Below, one piece after another: positions 10,856-26,100 of a DNA stretch of 62,572 bases. The stretch spans positions 9,348-71,919 of the forward strand of contig NW_003314459.1 in the NCBI RefSeq assembly GCF_000143415.4. The letters run 5' to 3'. Source of the DNA: Selaginella moellendorffii (taxonomy: Eukaryota; Plantae; Lycopodiophyta). The first letter of the stretch is position 1, and each line of letters starts with the position of its first letter. Under the pieces are notes generated by a model. The model did not search any database, was not told the origin of the DNA, and was given only the letters and a program-made list of their open reading frames with translations. A program made the translations under genes and the position numbers.

Positions 10856-13800
10856 TCATACTCATATATTTAAATGAAAGAGCCTGTATAATAATAGCAT
10901 ATACTGGCGACACTTATTCTGGGCATATGCCAAAATCTAACGGCTGACATTAAACAATGGAGAGTCGTGACTTTTGGGATCATAAAAAATTTCAAATAGC
11001 TTTTAGGGCAGGGAGGAAAGCGACGAGCGTTGGTAGCAGGAAGGCTCTCTTTCTCTCTCTCCTTTGGAATCATGTGCCCTGGATTGATTCAGGGCCCGAC
11101 CTTGTTTATTTTTTATCCTGGTATAAGCAATTCTCTTTTTCTGGGCTGGTATTTTATCTTTCCTTATGTATCGAGCCCAGCAGTGAAAGCTTGGCATGTT
11201 TTCGGCCATAAGGTACGCATTTTTTACTCAGCATCCCGGTTTGGTTTTGTGATATGTTGTGCACAAGCTCTGTTGATTGTTGAGATCTCTTCCCAGAAAG
11301 TATTGCAGCATTGATAAAACGAATCCCTCTTTTCATGTTCTTGAGTTGATCATATTTTCTCCCAGCAGCATTGCAGCTTGTCCAGCAGATGGCTGCCAGT
11401 AGTCACCACAATTTGCAGGGATTTGCTCTTGAGCCCCAGAGGATCCTGGTGGCTACGCCCTTACTCTTACCATTGCCCTGGCGCAGATCCATCCAATCCA
11501 TCAGCATCCGCTGCAGTACCATGCTCAGGGCATCTTGTCAAACACCTCAAATGGGGTCAGTGCTTGCCATAGCCAAGAGCACGACATTTTAAGGCACAAT
11601 GTCCAAGGAAGAAAACTTGAGCAGTTCTACGAATTGCAGACTGGAGTTGTGGACTGGTTTTTTCATGTAGTCCCTCGTGGTTTCTTCTTCTGACTCTTGG
11701 TAACATAATGTGTTCTTCTTGGCGATCTTAGTATTCTTTTCCAGAGAACTTGTAGTCCTGGAGCTTTCAAGACTGTTGATTCAACAAAGGAGGAAGTATG
11801 TGAAGATTGCTATTTGGATGGAATTGAGAGCGATGGCACTCCCAATTGATGTGAATGTGAGAGATGAGTCTTTGTGTGCATGTATTCCTAATTTGATAAT
11901 TCTTTCAGATTGTTTACTTTGATGCATTGAGGCTGTAATCAACTGGTTTTTCTCACGCTTGAGTCGTCAATTGTACTCCTACAGTTGGGACACAATGGAC
12001 GATTACACTTTAATTGTACTTCTGTGACACAATGGTGATTACACTGCAGACCAGGTTAGCCACCTCTTCTTTTCTTATGATTTTGTCTTTCCTAAACTGG
12101 ATAAACGTTTTTTATTTTGCTTTTAGATGCTTCCACATTGTCAAAAATGATGTGATTGGAGGTACTGAGACTCACAAATAATGCCAAAGAAAATAGTTGT
12201 GGATTCGATAAATTATTGTTTGCATACAAACCTGATTTTTGCTTGCAAACAAACGTACCAGATCACAAAGCGAGGTCCAGACCTGGTCCTGAAAATCCGA
12301 GGACAGCTTTGGAGCGTACTTCATCACGTGTGGAGCTGTATCCGGCTAAGCAAAGCATTGAGCCTCCATGCCAACAGCAATCAAAACTGTCACATGGAAC
12401 ATAAAGTGATGTGAGATTTCTACAAGACAAACTTAAAATTTATTCCATATCATGGAAACTTATCACCTGAACCATTTGTGTTTGGGCATACACAAAAACG
12501 CAAAAAAAAAATTACATGGAATGAATGAAGCTATTAAAATAAATGCTGAGACACCAACCAGAAACTTTGTCGGCCTTCCTCAACCTCACACTCAAATAAT
12601 ACACTTAAATTATAAAAGAAGAATTCAAGAAGCTACAAGTTCATCGTTTGTAAGCAACATTCTTACGTGCATAAAAGAAAATCACCATCTTTAGAAGCTG
12701 AAATGCGTTATGTGCACAAGAATCATTACATATAGCCTGTTGGTCAGAGTTTACTTCTTTTCAGCTTTTCAGTCACTTCTGTACCAGTGACCACATTTTC
12801 AATTATCACCACTTAGGAACTTCTCCTACATCTCATGTCCAGAAACTTAGCCATAGTCTCTGAAACTGGTCATCATGTATAATAGACAGTGACAGTGGCC
12901 AAGGCAGTGCTTGCCTTCCATTTGAAGTCCCAGAATCATCAGAGAGCTTCAAGACTGCTATGAATCCCAGAGGAGATGCAGCCTCCAAAGGAAAACATCT
13001 GGAGCCCAAGTTGGGCTGGATGAAAATATAACTTGAGAAACTTGTAGATAATAGCTTCATGATGATGGGACATGCATAACACTCTACATAAGAAATGGAA
13101 AATTAAGCTCTAATCACCATTGAGGGCTTTGCCTGCTGAAAGAATGTCAATTTAACTATTTTATGTTGAACTCATGCTACTGATTCTTGGGTATGGGCAT
13201 CAAGAAGAATGCAAGAGAGACATTGAATAGAGGTAAGTGGTGCTAGACCCTGGTCATCCCATCACCATCGCCACCCATTGCACACTTCATGGATCAATCC
13301 ATTTACTATTAACCTCAAAGAAAAACTGCCTACCTGATCATTGCCTTAGCTTTCTTAATGTTGATTGCCAAAGAACTGTTATAGCAAGAGGAAGGTTTGT
13401 CATGCCTCTTGAATTCAGGGCAAATAGGTCCCTTAACCATGGCAACAACAGCACTAATTCCCAGATTAGATGATGATGTTACATACCAATACCTCTTGCA
13501 ATTCCCACTACCAGCCCATGGTAAATTGAATGTGTTTGCAAAAGAACAGGTCAGGAGTACTGGGAAGATGAAGGCATTGAAGAAAAAAAGCCAGCATGCA
13601 GGCAAATGATGTCGCTTACAGGTATCAATATACTGCCGTGTTAGCAGTGTTTACATTTATCCTTTCATCTTGATTACAGAGTGGAACCTGATATCTATTC
13701 TTTTTGGAGAAAGTCAGTGAATATCTTGGGATACAGGTAAACATAGTGCTTTGTAAGTTTTGCTATCAAAGCTAGAGGAAGTTCTTCGGTTGGGGTATTG

Positions 13801-16800
13801 TTTTGTTACAGTTTTTTACGGCAGTATGGTGACAGAAAGGCTATCTAGAAGTCCCAATGGTAGAGTCGACTTAATGCTACAGGTAAGTCTTGCTCTTTGC
13901 TATCACGTCGTGTGGATCCAGGATACAAAATTTAAGCACCACTACATATCGCTATCTGATCAACGACAGCAGTGGCTGGAGAGAGAGAGGAGATTTGCAG
14001 TCGGAATTACAGCAGTAGCAGCAGCAGCATCACCAGTGAGAAGATCTCAAGGCCATGAGAATCCTCCACCAGTTTGGGATCAGTCACATGTACGTAGCGG
14101 CCAGGTGAGAAGGGCAGTGCGAGGGACAGGGACGAAGATCTCACAAGGGACAGGGATGAAGATCTTACAGGGTCCGTCATCACCCAGGAGCAGCAGAGAT
14201 TGATGAGGTCCTGGTTTGCTCTATCACTTTGGAGTCATTTCTGAGTGGCAAGGTGAGCTTCAACGTGGTGGCAGTGATCCAGAGCAGCAGCTCTAGAAGT
14301 GGTAATGATGACCATGCGTTTCTCTACAGGGACACGGTGCTGTACAAATCCAATTACTATCAGCATCACATGTCTGAGGACAAATTAAGTGAAGTGGTGC
14401 CAGATTCAATTGTATTTGTGTTGTAATACTACATTTTATATAAGGTGTCTCCTACCCTTGACTGGCTACAAAAAATAGCAAATGTCTTTCCCTCTTTGCT
14501 CTAAGTGAGCACTCTGACCAACACACATAACAGTAACATATGTGTTGAGAAGGCCAAGTACAAGCCCACTGCTCAGTTCAAGCTCAAAGTCACCTTGCTT
14601 CTCTACATTTATATCAACAGCTCCTCTACATAATCAGGCTGTGTACTCCACATGAACCATGGAGCCTATAGTTGGCCTGTCGCAAGATGTCTCTTCTCCT
14701 CCGGTATTCCTGTTGAAGCACTAAGCAACAAGTAAGCAATACAAACCTTACACCATATCACTCACGGTCACTTTCGCAAAAGCTTACTTAAATTCCACGC
14801 TTGCGCAGAGTCAGAATCATGTAAATATGAGCGCACACTCGCAGTTATGCTCGCTGTCCCAGTACAGAATTTTCCTCCTCTTTAGTGCTACTGATATCAG
14901 CACATGGAACTGCACACTCACTAAAGAGAATCCATTCACTGCGAAGAGGAACCCACCAAAAAAAATCCCTCCCGTGCTGTTTAGAACTCTCATAGCAGGC
15001 GGAAGATAGGGCTTCACGCATTCTTCCAGGGCTTGAGCATGGAGTTGGGGCGGTAGCATTCTCTGTGGTAGTGCCATTGCTAGGGATTTCAATATAACAT
15101 GTTCTTGGGGCCTAGATCGAGAAGCTTTATAGAACCACTCCACTGGAATCATCTCCAGATGGTGGGGTAGCCTCGAGCAGATTGTTATGATGATCCCTAT
15201 TTGTCTTTGTCTTTCCTGCATATGATGTGGTGGAGAACACAAGGACAACAACAACATTGGCTTTGAATAATCAGCCTCTGGGAAAGTCCTGCAAACAGTT
15301 CCATACGGTTCTCAACTATTTGCGGCGTATGGATCACAGATGTGGTGACTCTTGTACTCAGTGTGCTGCCTAACTCTTCACTTATTTCCTCTGGGAATGA
15401 TCAGAAAGTAATAACTTGAACAATGTTTTCTCTGCTTCTAAATTTCCAGGCACTTCCACTCTTGTATGATCCTGATGATAATGAGAATGTGGATAATGTG
15501 GACTTATCACACGAGCACGTACTGTGGCAGACTTTCTCAAGAGAACTAAACTAATACAAGATGCAGATAGGTTCATCAAGAGAATGTCATTCACTTCTTA
15601 GTGACTGCTTAGTGCCTGTAAAGTTCACGAGGACTTGGAGAGATGATCAAAAGGTGGCGATGGATATGCTTAAGTGTGTGAAATGTGAGCATATGAGTTC
15701 TGTGCTTTGTAGGAGCTTCATTATTGCCGAGACTTGAATTCAAACTATCTCTTTATTTTCTATCTAAGTCACGTGTATATGCACTGTTAGCACAACTATT
15801 ATATAGAAACTGAATAAGAGTTTTGATGGATGGCTCAAAAGAAGTTAGGTTGATTCAAACGATACCTCTCCAAATTTTTTAAGAGATGGAGAATGATAAC
15901 TCCACAATGGTGAGATGTGATGGTAAGAATTAAGGACTAATGCTTAACATAAACATGAAGTTTACCTATGTATGTATTAAGCTTCTAAGCATAAAAAGTG
16001 GCAAGAGGAAGATGGATAAAGACAATAAATTCTACACAACCAACCATGCAAACAAACCGTCAAGTAGGCAACAATCAAAAGTAAAAGCAAAATAAGTGTT
16101 AGATAAAATGCAAAACATCATGGATGAGTTGACAAAAACTTGTTAAGTGAAATGCTGATGAAGCACAAGCAAATGTTCTCGAAAAATCACAAATCATATT
16201 GCTGATTTTATTATTTCAATACTTATTTACCATACTTATTTCTGCTGCTTAAGCAGTATCTAAAATATATAACTGTGAATAAACCAATATTATAATAAAC
16301 TTGTCCATGTATTTTAAAATAATAAGGGCCACCTACTGCAATCTCTTCAATGTTTGCACCTATTGATGCAAATACTAATGCACTATTATAATTTAGTATT
16401 AATACACATATAGCTTTTTTGACTGCAGATATTATATTAGAGAATAAATTTAAGCACTTATAAAAATGTATAAATGCGAAGTATGAAAGTGTGGATGTAC
16501 TTCAACATCATAAATTATACAATCTGCTATTCTTTTCATGAGTAACCTTTTTTACTTGAACTCTGAAACAAACAGTGAATCTAACTGAAAGAAACACAAG
16601 GTTGTTTCTTGTATTTTTTTCTCTCAACGCATTATCATGTTCTTCTCCTTTGCATTTTTTCTCAATGGAAAGCAGACATTGTGATGACAAATATCTTTGG
16701 AAAATTGTTTCCAATGCGGAAGCTCTACATGCGGGACTGGCCATTTGAACACTACATTGATATGTGGGCTAAGATATATTTTCTTTATCTAGCCAGGCAT

Positions 16801-17426
16801 TAGGGTAATTTAGGGCTGATTAGCTTTTTTGAAGCTTGATAGTGATGAGGATCTGATAGAGATTCAAGATGTAATGCTGCCACAATGTGCCAACTTGTCA
16901 TGGAGAAAAAAAGTGATGTATGCTCATATCCAAGTTATTAGGGTGACACCATCCAGCCAGCACTATTGCAAGCTAGCATTAGACAATAAGAGTGAGTCAC
17001 ATCTATTTCTTGTTGATCATGTAGATAGAATAGGAAATTTATTTGTATTCCACACTTTGACAATGCATGCATGGGCTTCTGGTTACACAAATTATACTAT
17101 AAATTATAAGTTAAGATATTAATAACTTATTCTATAATATTTTAATATCATAAAAATCATGATACTAAATTTTTTATATATACATTATAATATAGCATGT
17201 TATAAAATAATAATAATTTATATATTAAGCATATATATAATTGTAAACATATATTAAACATATATTATGTAAAAGGATCTTTCATTATAAATATTATATT
17301 TTTTTTATCTATGTATGTTATTAATATAAATATGTTAAAAATTACAATTATGATTACAACTCTTTGAAATTACTAAATCATCAGAAATAAATATGATGCT
17401 CCCAGCGTAGCTGGGACTTTTGCTAG
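10856..17426 (+). mobile_element. Helitron-like unit B1 (~6.6 kb)
   Basis: Starts TCATACTCATATATTTAAATGAAAGAGC. Hairpin at 17400-17416, CTAG at 17423-17426. Interior repeated in B2, B3 and E. Confidence 0.85.
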
Positions 17427-17618
17427 TACTCATATATTTAAACAAAAGAGCCGGTATAATAATAGCATATACTGGGGACACTTATTCTGGGCATATTCCA
17501 AAATCTAACGGTTGAGATTACATAATGGAGAATCGTGACTTTTGAGATCATAAAAAATTTCAAATGCCTTTTAGAGCAGGGAGGAAAGTGACACACAAGG
17601 AGCGTTGAGCGGGAAGGT

Positions 17619-17649
<31 letters not shown>

Positions 17650-20600
17650 TTTGGAATTGTGTGCCCTTGATTGATTCAGGGTGCAACCTTGTTTATTTTT
17701 TATCCTGGTATAAGCAATTCTCTTTTTCTGGGCTGCTACTTTATCTTTCCTTATGTATCGAGCCCAGCAGTGAAAGCTTGGTATGTTTTCGGCATGAAGA
17801 GTTCATAAGGTACACATTTTTCGCTCAGCATCCCGGTTTGGTTTTGTGATATGTTGTGCACAAGCTCTGTTGATTGTTGAGGTCTCTTCCCAGAAAGTAT
17901 TGCAGCATTGATAAAACGAATCCCTCTTTCGTGTTCTTGAGTTGATCATTTTTTATCCCAGCAGCATTGCAGCTTGTCCAGCAGATGGCTGCCAGTAGTC
18001 ACCACAATTTGCAGGGATTTGCACTTGAGCCCCAGAGGATCCTGGTGGCTACGCCCTTACTCTTACCATTGCCCTGGCACAGATCCATCCAATCCATCAG
18101 CATCCGCTGCAGTACCATGCTCAGGGCATCTTGTCAAACACCTCAAATGGGATCAGTGCTTGCCATAGCCAAGAGCACGACATTTTAAGGCACAATGTCC
18201 AAGGAAGAAAACTTGAGCAGTTCCATGAATTGCAGACTGGAGTTGTGGACTGGTTTGTTGATGTAGTCCCTCGTGGTTTCTTCTTCTGACTCTTGGTAAC
18301 ATAATGTGTTCTTCTTGGCGATCTTAGTATTCTTTTCCAGAGAACTTGTAGTCTTGGAGCTTTCAAGGCTGCTGATTCAACAAAGGAGGAAGTATGTGAA
18401 GATTGCTATTTGGATGGAATTGAGAGCGATGGCACTCCTAATTGATGAGAATGTGAGAGATGAGTCTTTGTGTGTATGTATTCCTAATTTGATAATTCTT
18501 CCAGATTGTTTACTTTGCTGCATTGAGGCTGTAATCAACTGGTTTTTCTAACGCTTGAGTCATCAATTGTACTCCTACAGTTGGGACACAATGGACGATT
18601 ACACTTTAATTGTACTTCTGTGACACAATGGTGATTACACTGCAGACCAGGTCAGCCTCCTCTTCTTTTCTTATGATTTTGTCTTTTCTAAACTGGATAA
18701 ACGTTTTTTTTTTTTTTCCTTTTAGATGCTTCCACATTGTCAACAATGATGCGATTGGAGGTACTGAGACTCACAAATAATGCCAAAGAAAATAGTTGTG
18801 GATTCAACGGAAAGAGGTAACATTCGATAAATTATTGTTTGTATACAAACCTGATTATTGCTTGCAAACAAATGTACCAGATCACAAAGCGAGGTCCAGA
18901 CCTGGTCCTGAAAATCCGAGGACAGCTTTGGAGCGTACTTCATCACGTGTGGAGCTGCATCCGGCTAAGCAAAGCATTGAGCCTCCATGGCGACAGCAAT
19001 CAAAACTGTCACATGGAACATAAAGTGATGTGAGCTTTCTGAATGCTTTGGAAATGAGTATGTATGTGATTTACAGTCTTTGCAACGTAAGTTGAATGTG
19101 TTTGCAAAAGAACAGGTCATGAGTACTTGGAAGATGAAGGCATTGAAAAAGAAAAGCCAGCATGCAGGCAAATGATGAACATATTTCACCCATATGATCC
19201 TGTCGCTTACAGGTATCAATATACTGCCGTGTTAGCAGTGTTTACAATTATCCTTTCGTCTTGATTACAGAGTGGAACCTCTGATATCTATTCTTTTTGG
19301 AGAAAGTCAGTGAATATCTTGGGATACAGGTAAACATAGTGCTTTGTAAGTCTTGCTATCAAAGCTAGAGGAAGTTCTTCGGTTGGGGTATGGTTTTGTC
19401 ACAGCTTTTTACGGCAGTATGGTGACAGAAAGGCTATCTAGAAGTCCCAATGGTAGAGTCGACTTAATGCTACAGGTTAGTCTTGCTCTTTGCTATCACG
19501 TCATTCTTGTGTGGATCCAGGATACAAAATTTAAGCACCACTACATATCGCTATTTGATCAACGGCAGCAGTGGCTGGAGAGAGAGGAGATTTGGAGTCG
19601 GAATCACAGCAGTAGCAGCAGCAGCATCACCAGTGAGAAGATCTCAAGGCCATGAGAATCCTCCACCAGTTTGGGATCAGTCACATGTACGTAGCGGCCA
19701 GGTGAGAAGGGCAGTGTGAGAGACAGGGACGAAGATCTCACAAGGGACAGGGATGAAGATCTTACAGGGTCCGTCATCACCCGATTGATGAGGTCCTGGT
19801 TTGCTCTATCACTTTGGAGCCATTTCTGAGTGGCAAGGTGAGCTTCAACGTGGTGGCAGTGATCCAGAGCAGCAGCTCTAGAAGTGGTAATGATGACCAT
19901 GCGTTTCTCTACAGGGACACGGTGCTGTACAAATCCAATTACTATCAGCATCACATGTCTGAGGACAAATTAAGTGAAGTGGTGCCAGATTCAATTGTAT
20001 TTGTGTTGTAATACTACATTATATATAAGGTGTCTCCTACCCTTGACTGGCTACAAAAAATAGCAAATGTCTTTCCCTCTTTGCTCTAAGTGAGCACTCT
20101 GACCAACACACATAACAGTAACATATNNNNNNNNNNNNNNNNNNNNNNNNNNNNNNNNNNNNNNNNNNNNNNNNNNNNNNNNNNNNNNNNNNNNNNNNNN
20201 NNNNNNNNNNNNNNNNNNNNNNNNNNTAAATTCCACGCTTGCGCAGACTCAGAATCATGTAAATATGAGCGAGCGCACACTCGCAGTTATGCTCGCTGTC
20301 CCAATACAGATTTTTCCTCCTCTTTAGTGCTACTGATATCAGCACATGGAACTGCACACTCACTAAAGAGAATCCATTCACTGTAAAGAGGAACCCACAA
20401 AAAAAAAATCCCTCCCGTGCTGTTTAGAACTCTCATAGCACGCCGGAAGATAGGGCTTCACGCATTCTTCCAGGGCTTGAGCATGGAGTTGGGACGGTAG
20501 CATTCTCTGTGGTAGTGCCATTGCTAGGGATTTCAATATAACATGTTCTTGGGGCCTAGATCGAGAAGCTTTATGGAACCACTCCACTGGAATCATCATG

Positions 20601-22899
20601 GTGGGGTAGCCTCGAGCAGATTGTTATGATGATCCCTATTTGTCTCTGTCTTTCCTGCACATGATGTGGTGGAGAACACAAGGACAACAACAACATTGGC
20701 TTCGCATAATGAGCCTCTGGGAAAGTCCTACAAACAGTTCCATACGGTTCTCAACTATTTGCGGTGTATGGATCACAGATGTGGTGACTCTTGTACTCAG
20801 TGTGCTGCCTAACTCTTCACTTATTTCCTCTAGAAAGTAATAACTTGAACAATGATTTCTCTGCTTCTAAATTTCCAGGCACTTCCACTCTTGTATGATC
20901 CTGATGATAATGAGAATGTGGATAAGGTGGACTTATCACACGAGCACGTACTGTGGGAGACTTTCTCAAGAGAACTAAACTAATACAAGATGCAGATAGG
21001 TTCATCAAGAGAATGTCATTCACTTCTTAGTGACTGCTTAGTGCCTGTAAAGTTCACGAGGACTTGGAGAGATGATCAAAAGGTGGCGATGGATATGCTT
21101 AAGTGTGTGAAGCGTGAGCATATGAGTTCTGTGCTTTGTAGGAGCTTCATTATTGCCGAGACTTGAATTCAAACTATCTCTTTATTTTCTATCTAAGTCA
21201 CGTGTATATGCACTGTTAGCACAACTATTATATAGAAACTGAATAAGAGTTTTGATGGATGGCTTAAAAGAAGTTAGGTTGATTCAAACAATACCTCTCC
21301 AAATTTTTGAAGAGAGGGAGAATGATAACTCCACAATGGTGAGATGTGATCATATGAATTAAGGACTAATGCTTAACATAAACATGAAGTTTACCTATGT
21401 ATGTATTAAGTTTCTAAGCATAAAAAGTGGCAAGAGGAAGATGGATAAAGACAACACAACCAACCATGAAACAAACCGTCAAGTAGGCAAAAATCAAAAG
21501 TAAAAGCAAAATAAGTGTTAGATAAAATGCAAAACATCATGGATGAGTTGACAAGAACTTGTCAAGTGAAATGCTGATNNNNNNNNNNNNNNNNNNNNNN
21601 NNNNNNNNNNNNNNNNNNNNNNNNNNNNNNNNNNNNNNNNNNNNNNNNNNNNNNNNNNNNNNNNNNNNNNNNNNNNNNTTCAATACTTATTTACCATACT
21701 TATTTCTGTTGATTGAGCAGTATTTAAAATATATAACTGTGAATAGACCAATATTACTGTAAATTTATCCATGTATTTTAAAATAATAAGGGCCACCTAC
21801 TGCAATCTCTTCAATGTTTGCACCTATTGATGCAAATACTAATGCACTATTATATTTTCGTATTATTACACATATAACTTTTTTGACTGCAGGTATTATA
21901 TTAGAAAATAAATTTAAGTACTTATAAAAATGTATAAATGCGAAGTATGAAAGTGTGGATGTACTCTGAACACTTCAACATCATAAATTATACAATCTGC
22001 TATTCTTTTCATGAGTAACCTTTTTTACTTGAACTCTGAAACAAACAGTGAATCTAACTGAAAGAAACACAAGGTTGTTTCTTGTATTTTTCCTCTCAAC
22101 GCATTATCATGTTCTTCTTGTTCGCATTTTCTTTCAATGGAAAGCAGACATTTTGATGACAAATATCTTTGGAAAATTGTTTCCAATGCTCTACATGCGG
22201 GACTGGCTATTTGAACTCTACATTGATATGTGGGCTAAGATATATCTTCTTTATCTAGCCATGCATTAGGGTAATTCAGGGCAGGGTAGTGAGCTGATTA
22301 GCTTTTGTGAAGCTTGATAGTGATGAGGATCTGATAGAGATTCAAGATGTAATGCTGCCACAATGTGCCAACTTGTCATGGAGAAAAAAGGTGATGTATG
22401 CTCATATCCAAGTTATTAGGGTGACACCATCCAGCCAGCACTATTGCAAGCTAGCATTAGACATAAGAGTGAGTCACATCTATTTCTTGTTGATCATGTA
22501 GATAGAATAGGAAATCTATTTGTATTCCACACTTTGACAATGCATGCATGGGCTTCTGGTTACACTATAAATTAAAGTTAAGATATTAATAACTTATTCT
22601 GTAATATTTTAATATCATAAAAAACATGATATTAAAAAGAAAAAATTTATATATACATTATAATATAGCATGTTATAATATAACAATAATCTATATATTA
22701 AGCATATATTTAATTGTAAACATATATTAAACATATATTATGTAAAAGGGACTTTCAATATAAATATTAAATTATGTTTAATTATGTATGTTAAAATAAT
22801 GATTATGTTAAAATTTACAATTACAATTACAACTCTTTGAAATTACTAAAACATCAGAAATAAACACGATGCTCCCAGCGTAGCTGGGACTTTTGCTAG
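17427..22899 (+). mobile_element. Helitron-like unit B2 (lacks B1 ~12416-13524)
   Basis: Starts TACTCATATATTTAAAC. Hairpin at 22873-22889, CTAG at 22896-22899. Collinear with B1; contains two N gaps. Confidence 0.85.
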
Positions 22900-23089
22900 T
22901 CATCATACTCATATATTTAAACGAAAGAGCTAGTATAATAATAACATATACTGGGGACACTTATTCTGGGCATATCCCAAAATCTTACGGTTGAGATTAA
23001 ATAATGGAAAGTCGTGACTTTTGGGATCATAAAAAATTTCAAATGGCTTTTAGGGCAAGGAGGAAAGCGACGAGTGTTGGTAGCGGGAA

Positions 23090-23140
<51 letters not shown>

Positions 23141-26100
23141 CTTTGGAATCATGTGCCCTGGATTGATTCAGGGCCCGACCTTGTTTATTTTTTATCCTGG
23201 TATAAGCAAATTCTCTTTTTCTTGGCTGCTATTTTATCTTTCCTTATGTATCGAGCCCAGCAGCAAAAGCTTGGCATGTTTTTGGCCATAAGGTACGCAT
23301 TTTTCGCTCAGCATCCCGGTTTGGTTTTGTGATATGTTGTGCACAAGCTCTGCTGATTGTTGAGATCTCTTCCCAGAAAGTATTGCAGCATTGATAAAAC
23401 GAATCCCTCTTTTCGTGTTCTTGAGTTGATCATATTTTCTCCCAGCAGCATTGCAGCTTGTCCAGCAGATGGCTGCCAGTAGTCACCACAATTTGCAGGG
23501 ATTTGCTCTTGAGCCCCAGAGGATCCTGGTGGCTATGCCCTTACTCTTATCATTGCCCTGGCACAGATCCATCCAATCCATCAGCATCCGCTGCAGTACC
23601 ATGCTCAGGGCATCTTGTCAAACACCTCAAATGGGATCATAATTCTTCCAGATTGTTTACTTTGATGCATTGAGGCTGTAATCAACTGGTTTTTCTCACG
23701 CTTGAGTCGTCAATTGTACTCCTACAGTTGGGACACAATGGACGATTACACTTTAATTGTACTTCTATGACACAATGGTGATTACACTGCAGACCAGGTC
23801 AGCCTCCTCTTCTTTTCTTATGATTTTGTCTTTTCTAAACTGGATAAACGTTTTTTATTTTGCTTTTAGATGCTTCCACATTGTCAACAATGATGCGATT
23901 GGAGGTACTGAGACTCACAAATAATGCCAAAGAAAATAGTTGTGGATTCAACGGAAAGAGGTAACATTCAATAAATTATTGTTTGTATACAAACCTGATT
24001 ATTGCTTGCAAACAAATGTACCAGATCACAAAGCGAGGTCCAGACCTGGTCCTGAAAATCCGAGGACAGCTTTGGAGCGTACTTCATCACGTGTGGAGCT
24101 GCATCCGGCTAAGCAAAGCATTGAGCCTCCATGCCAACAGCAATCAAAACTGTCACATGGAACATAAAGTGATGTGAGATTTCTACAAGACAAACTTAAA
24201 ATTTATTCCATGTCATTTATTACCTGAAATATTTGTGTTTGGGCATACACAAAAATGCAAAAAATAAATTACATGGAATGAATGGAGCTATTAAAATAAA
24301 TGCTGAGACACCAACCAGAAACTTTGTCGGCCTTCCTCAGCCTCACACTCAAATAATACACTTAAATTATAAAAGAAGAATTCAAGAAGCTACAAGTTCA
24401 TCGTTTGTAAGCAACATTCTTACATGCATAAAAGAAAATCACCATCTTTAGAAGCTGAAATGCGTTATGTGCACAAGAATCATTACATATATCCTGTTGA
24501 TCAGAGTTTACTTTTTTTCAGCTTTTCAGTCACGTCTGTACCAGTGACCACATTTTCAATGATCACCACTTAGGAACTTCTCCTACATCTCATGTCCAGA
24601 AACTTAGCCATAGTCTCTGAAACTGGTCATCATGTATAATAGACAGTGACAGTGGCAAAGGCAGTGCTTGCCTTCCATTTGAAGTCCCAGAATCATCAGA
24701 GAGCTTCAAGACTGCTATGAATCCCAGAGGAGATGCAGCCTCCAAAGGAAAACATCTGGAGCCCAAGTCGGGCTAGATGAAAATATAACTTGAGAAACTT
24801 GTAGATAATAGCTTCATGATGATGGGACATGCATAACACTCTACATAAGAAATGGAAAATTAAGCTTTAATCACCATTGAGGGCTTTGCCTGCTGAAAGA
24901 ATGTCAATTTAACTATTTTAAGTGTTGAACTCATGCTACTGATTCTTGGGTATGGGCATCAAGAAGAATGCAAGAGATACATTGAATAGAGGTAAGTGGT
25001 GCTAGACCCTGGTCATCCCATCACGATCGCCACCCATTGCACACTTCATGGATCAATCCATTTACTATTAACCTCAAAGAAAAACTGCCTACCTGATCAT
25101 TGCCTTAGCTTTCTTAACGTTGATTGCCAAAGAACTGTTATAGCAAGAGGAAGGTTTGTCATGCCTCTTGAATTCAGGGCAAGTAGGTCCCTCAACCATG
25201 GCAACAACAGCACTAATTCCCAGATTAGACGATGATGTTACATACCAATACCTCTTGCAATTCCCACTACCAGCCCATGGTAAATTGAATGTGTTTGCAA
25301 AAGAACAGGTCAGGAGTACTGGGAAGATGAAGGCATTGAAAAAGAAAAGCCAGCATGCAGGCAAATGATGAACATATTTCACCCATATGATCCTGTCGCT
25401 TACAGGTATCAATATACTGCCGTGTTAGCAGTGTTTACAATTATCCTTTCGTCTTGATTACAGAGTGGAACCTCTGATATCTATTCTTTTTGGAGAAAGT
25501 CAGTGAATATCTTGGGATACAGGTAAACATAGTGCTTTGTAAGTCTTGCTATCAAAGCTAGAGGAAGTTCTTCGGTTGGGGTATGGTTTTGTCACAGCTT
25601 TTTACGGCAGTATGGTGACAGAAAGGCTATCTAGAAGTCCCAATGGTAGAGTCGACTTAATGCTACAGGTTAGTCTTGCTCTTTGCTATCACGTCATTCT
25701 TGTGTGGATCCAGGATACAAAATTTAAGCACCACTACATATCGCTATTTGATCAACGGCAGCAGTGGCTGGAGAGAGAGGAGATTTGGAGTCGGAATCAC
25801 AGCAGTAGCAGCAGCAGCATCACCAGTGAGAAGATCTCAAGGCCATGAGAATCCTCCACCAGTTTGGGATCAGTCACATGTACGTAGCGGCCAGGTGAGA
25901 AGGGCAGTGCGAGGGACAGGGACGAAGATCTCACAAGGGACAGGGATGAAGATCTTACAGGGTCCGTCATCACCCAGGAGCAGCAGAGATTGATGAGGTC
26001 CTGGTTTGCTCTATCACTTTGGAGTCATTTCTGAGTGGCAAGGTGAGCTTCAACGTGGTGGCAGTGATCCAGAGCAGCAGCTCTAGAAGTGGTAATGATG

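Noticed and set aside
11500-11570. PPR gene fragment (minus-strand FEVFDKMP)
   Set aside because: Only an 8-residue resemblance with no continuing 35-aa repeat; insufficient support.
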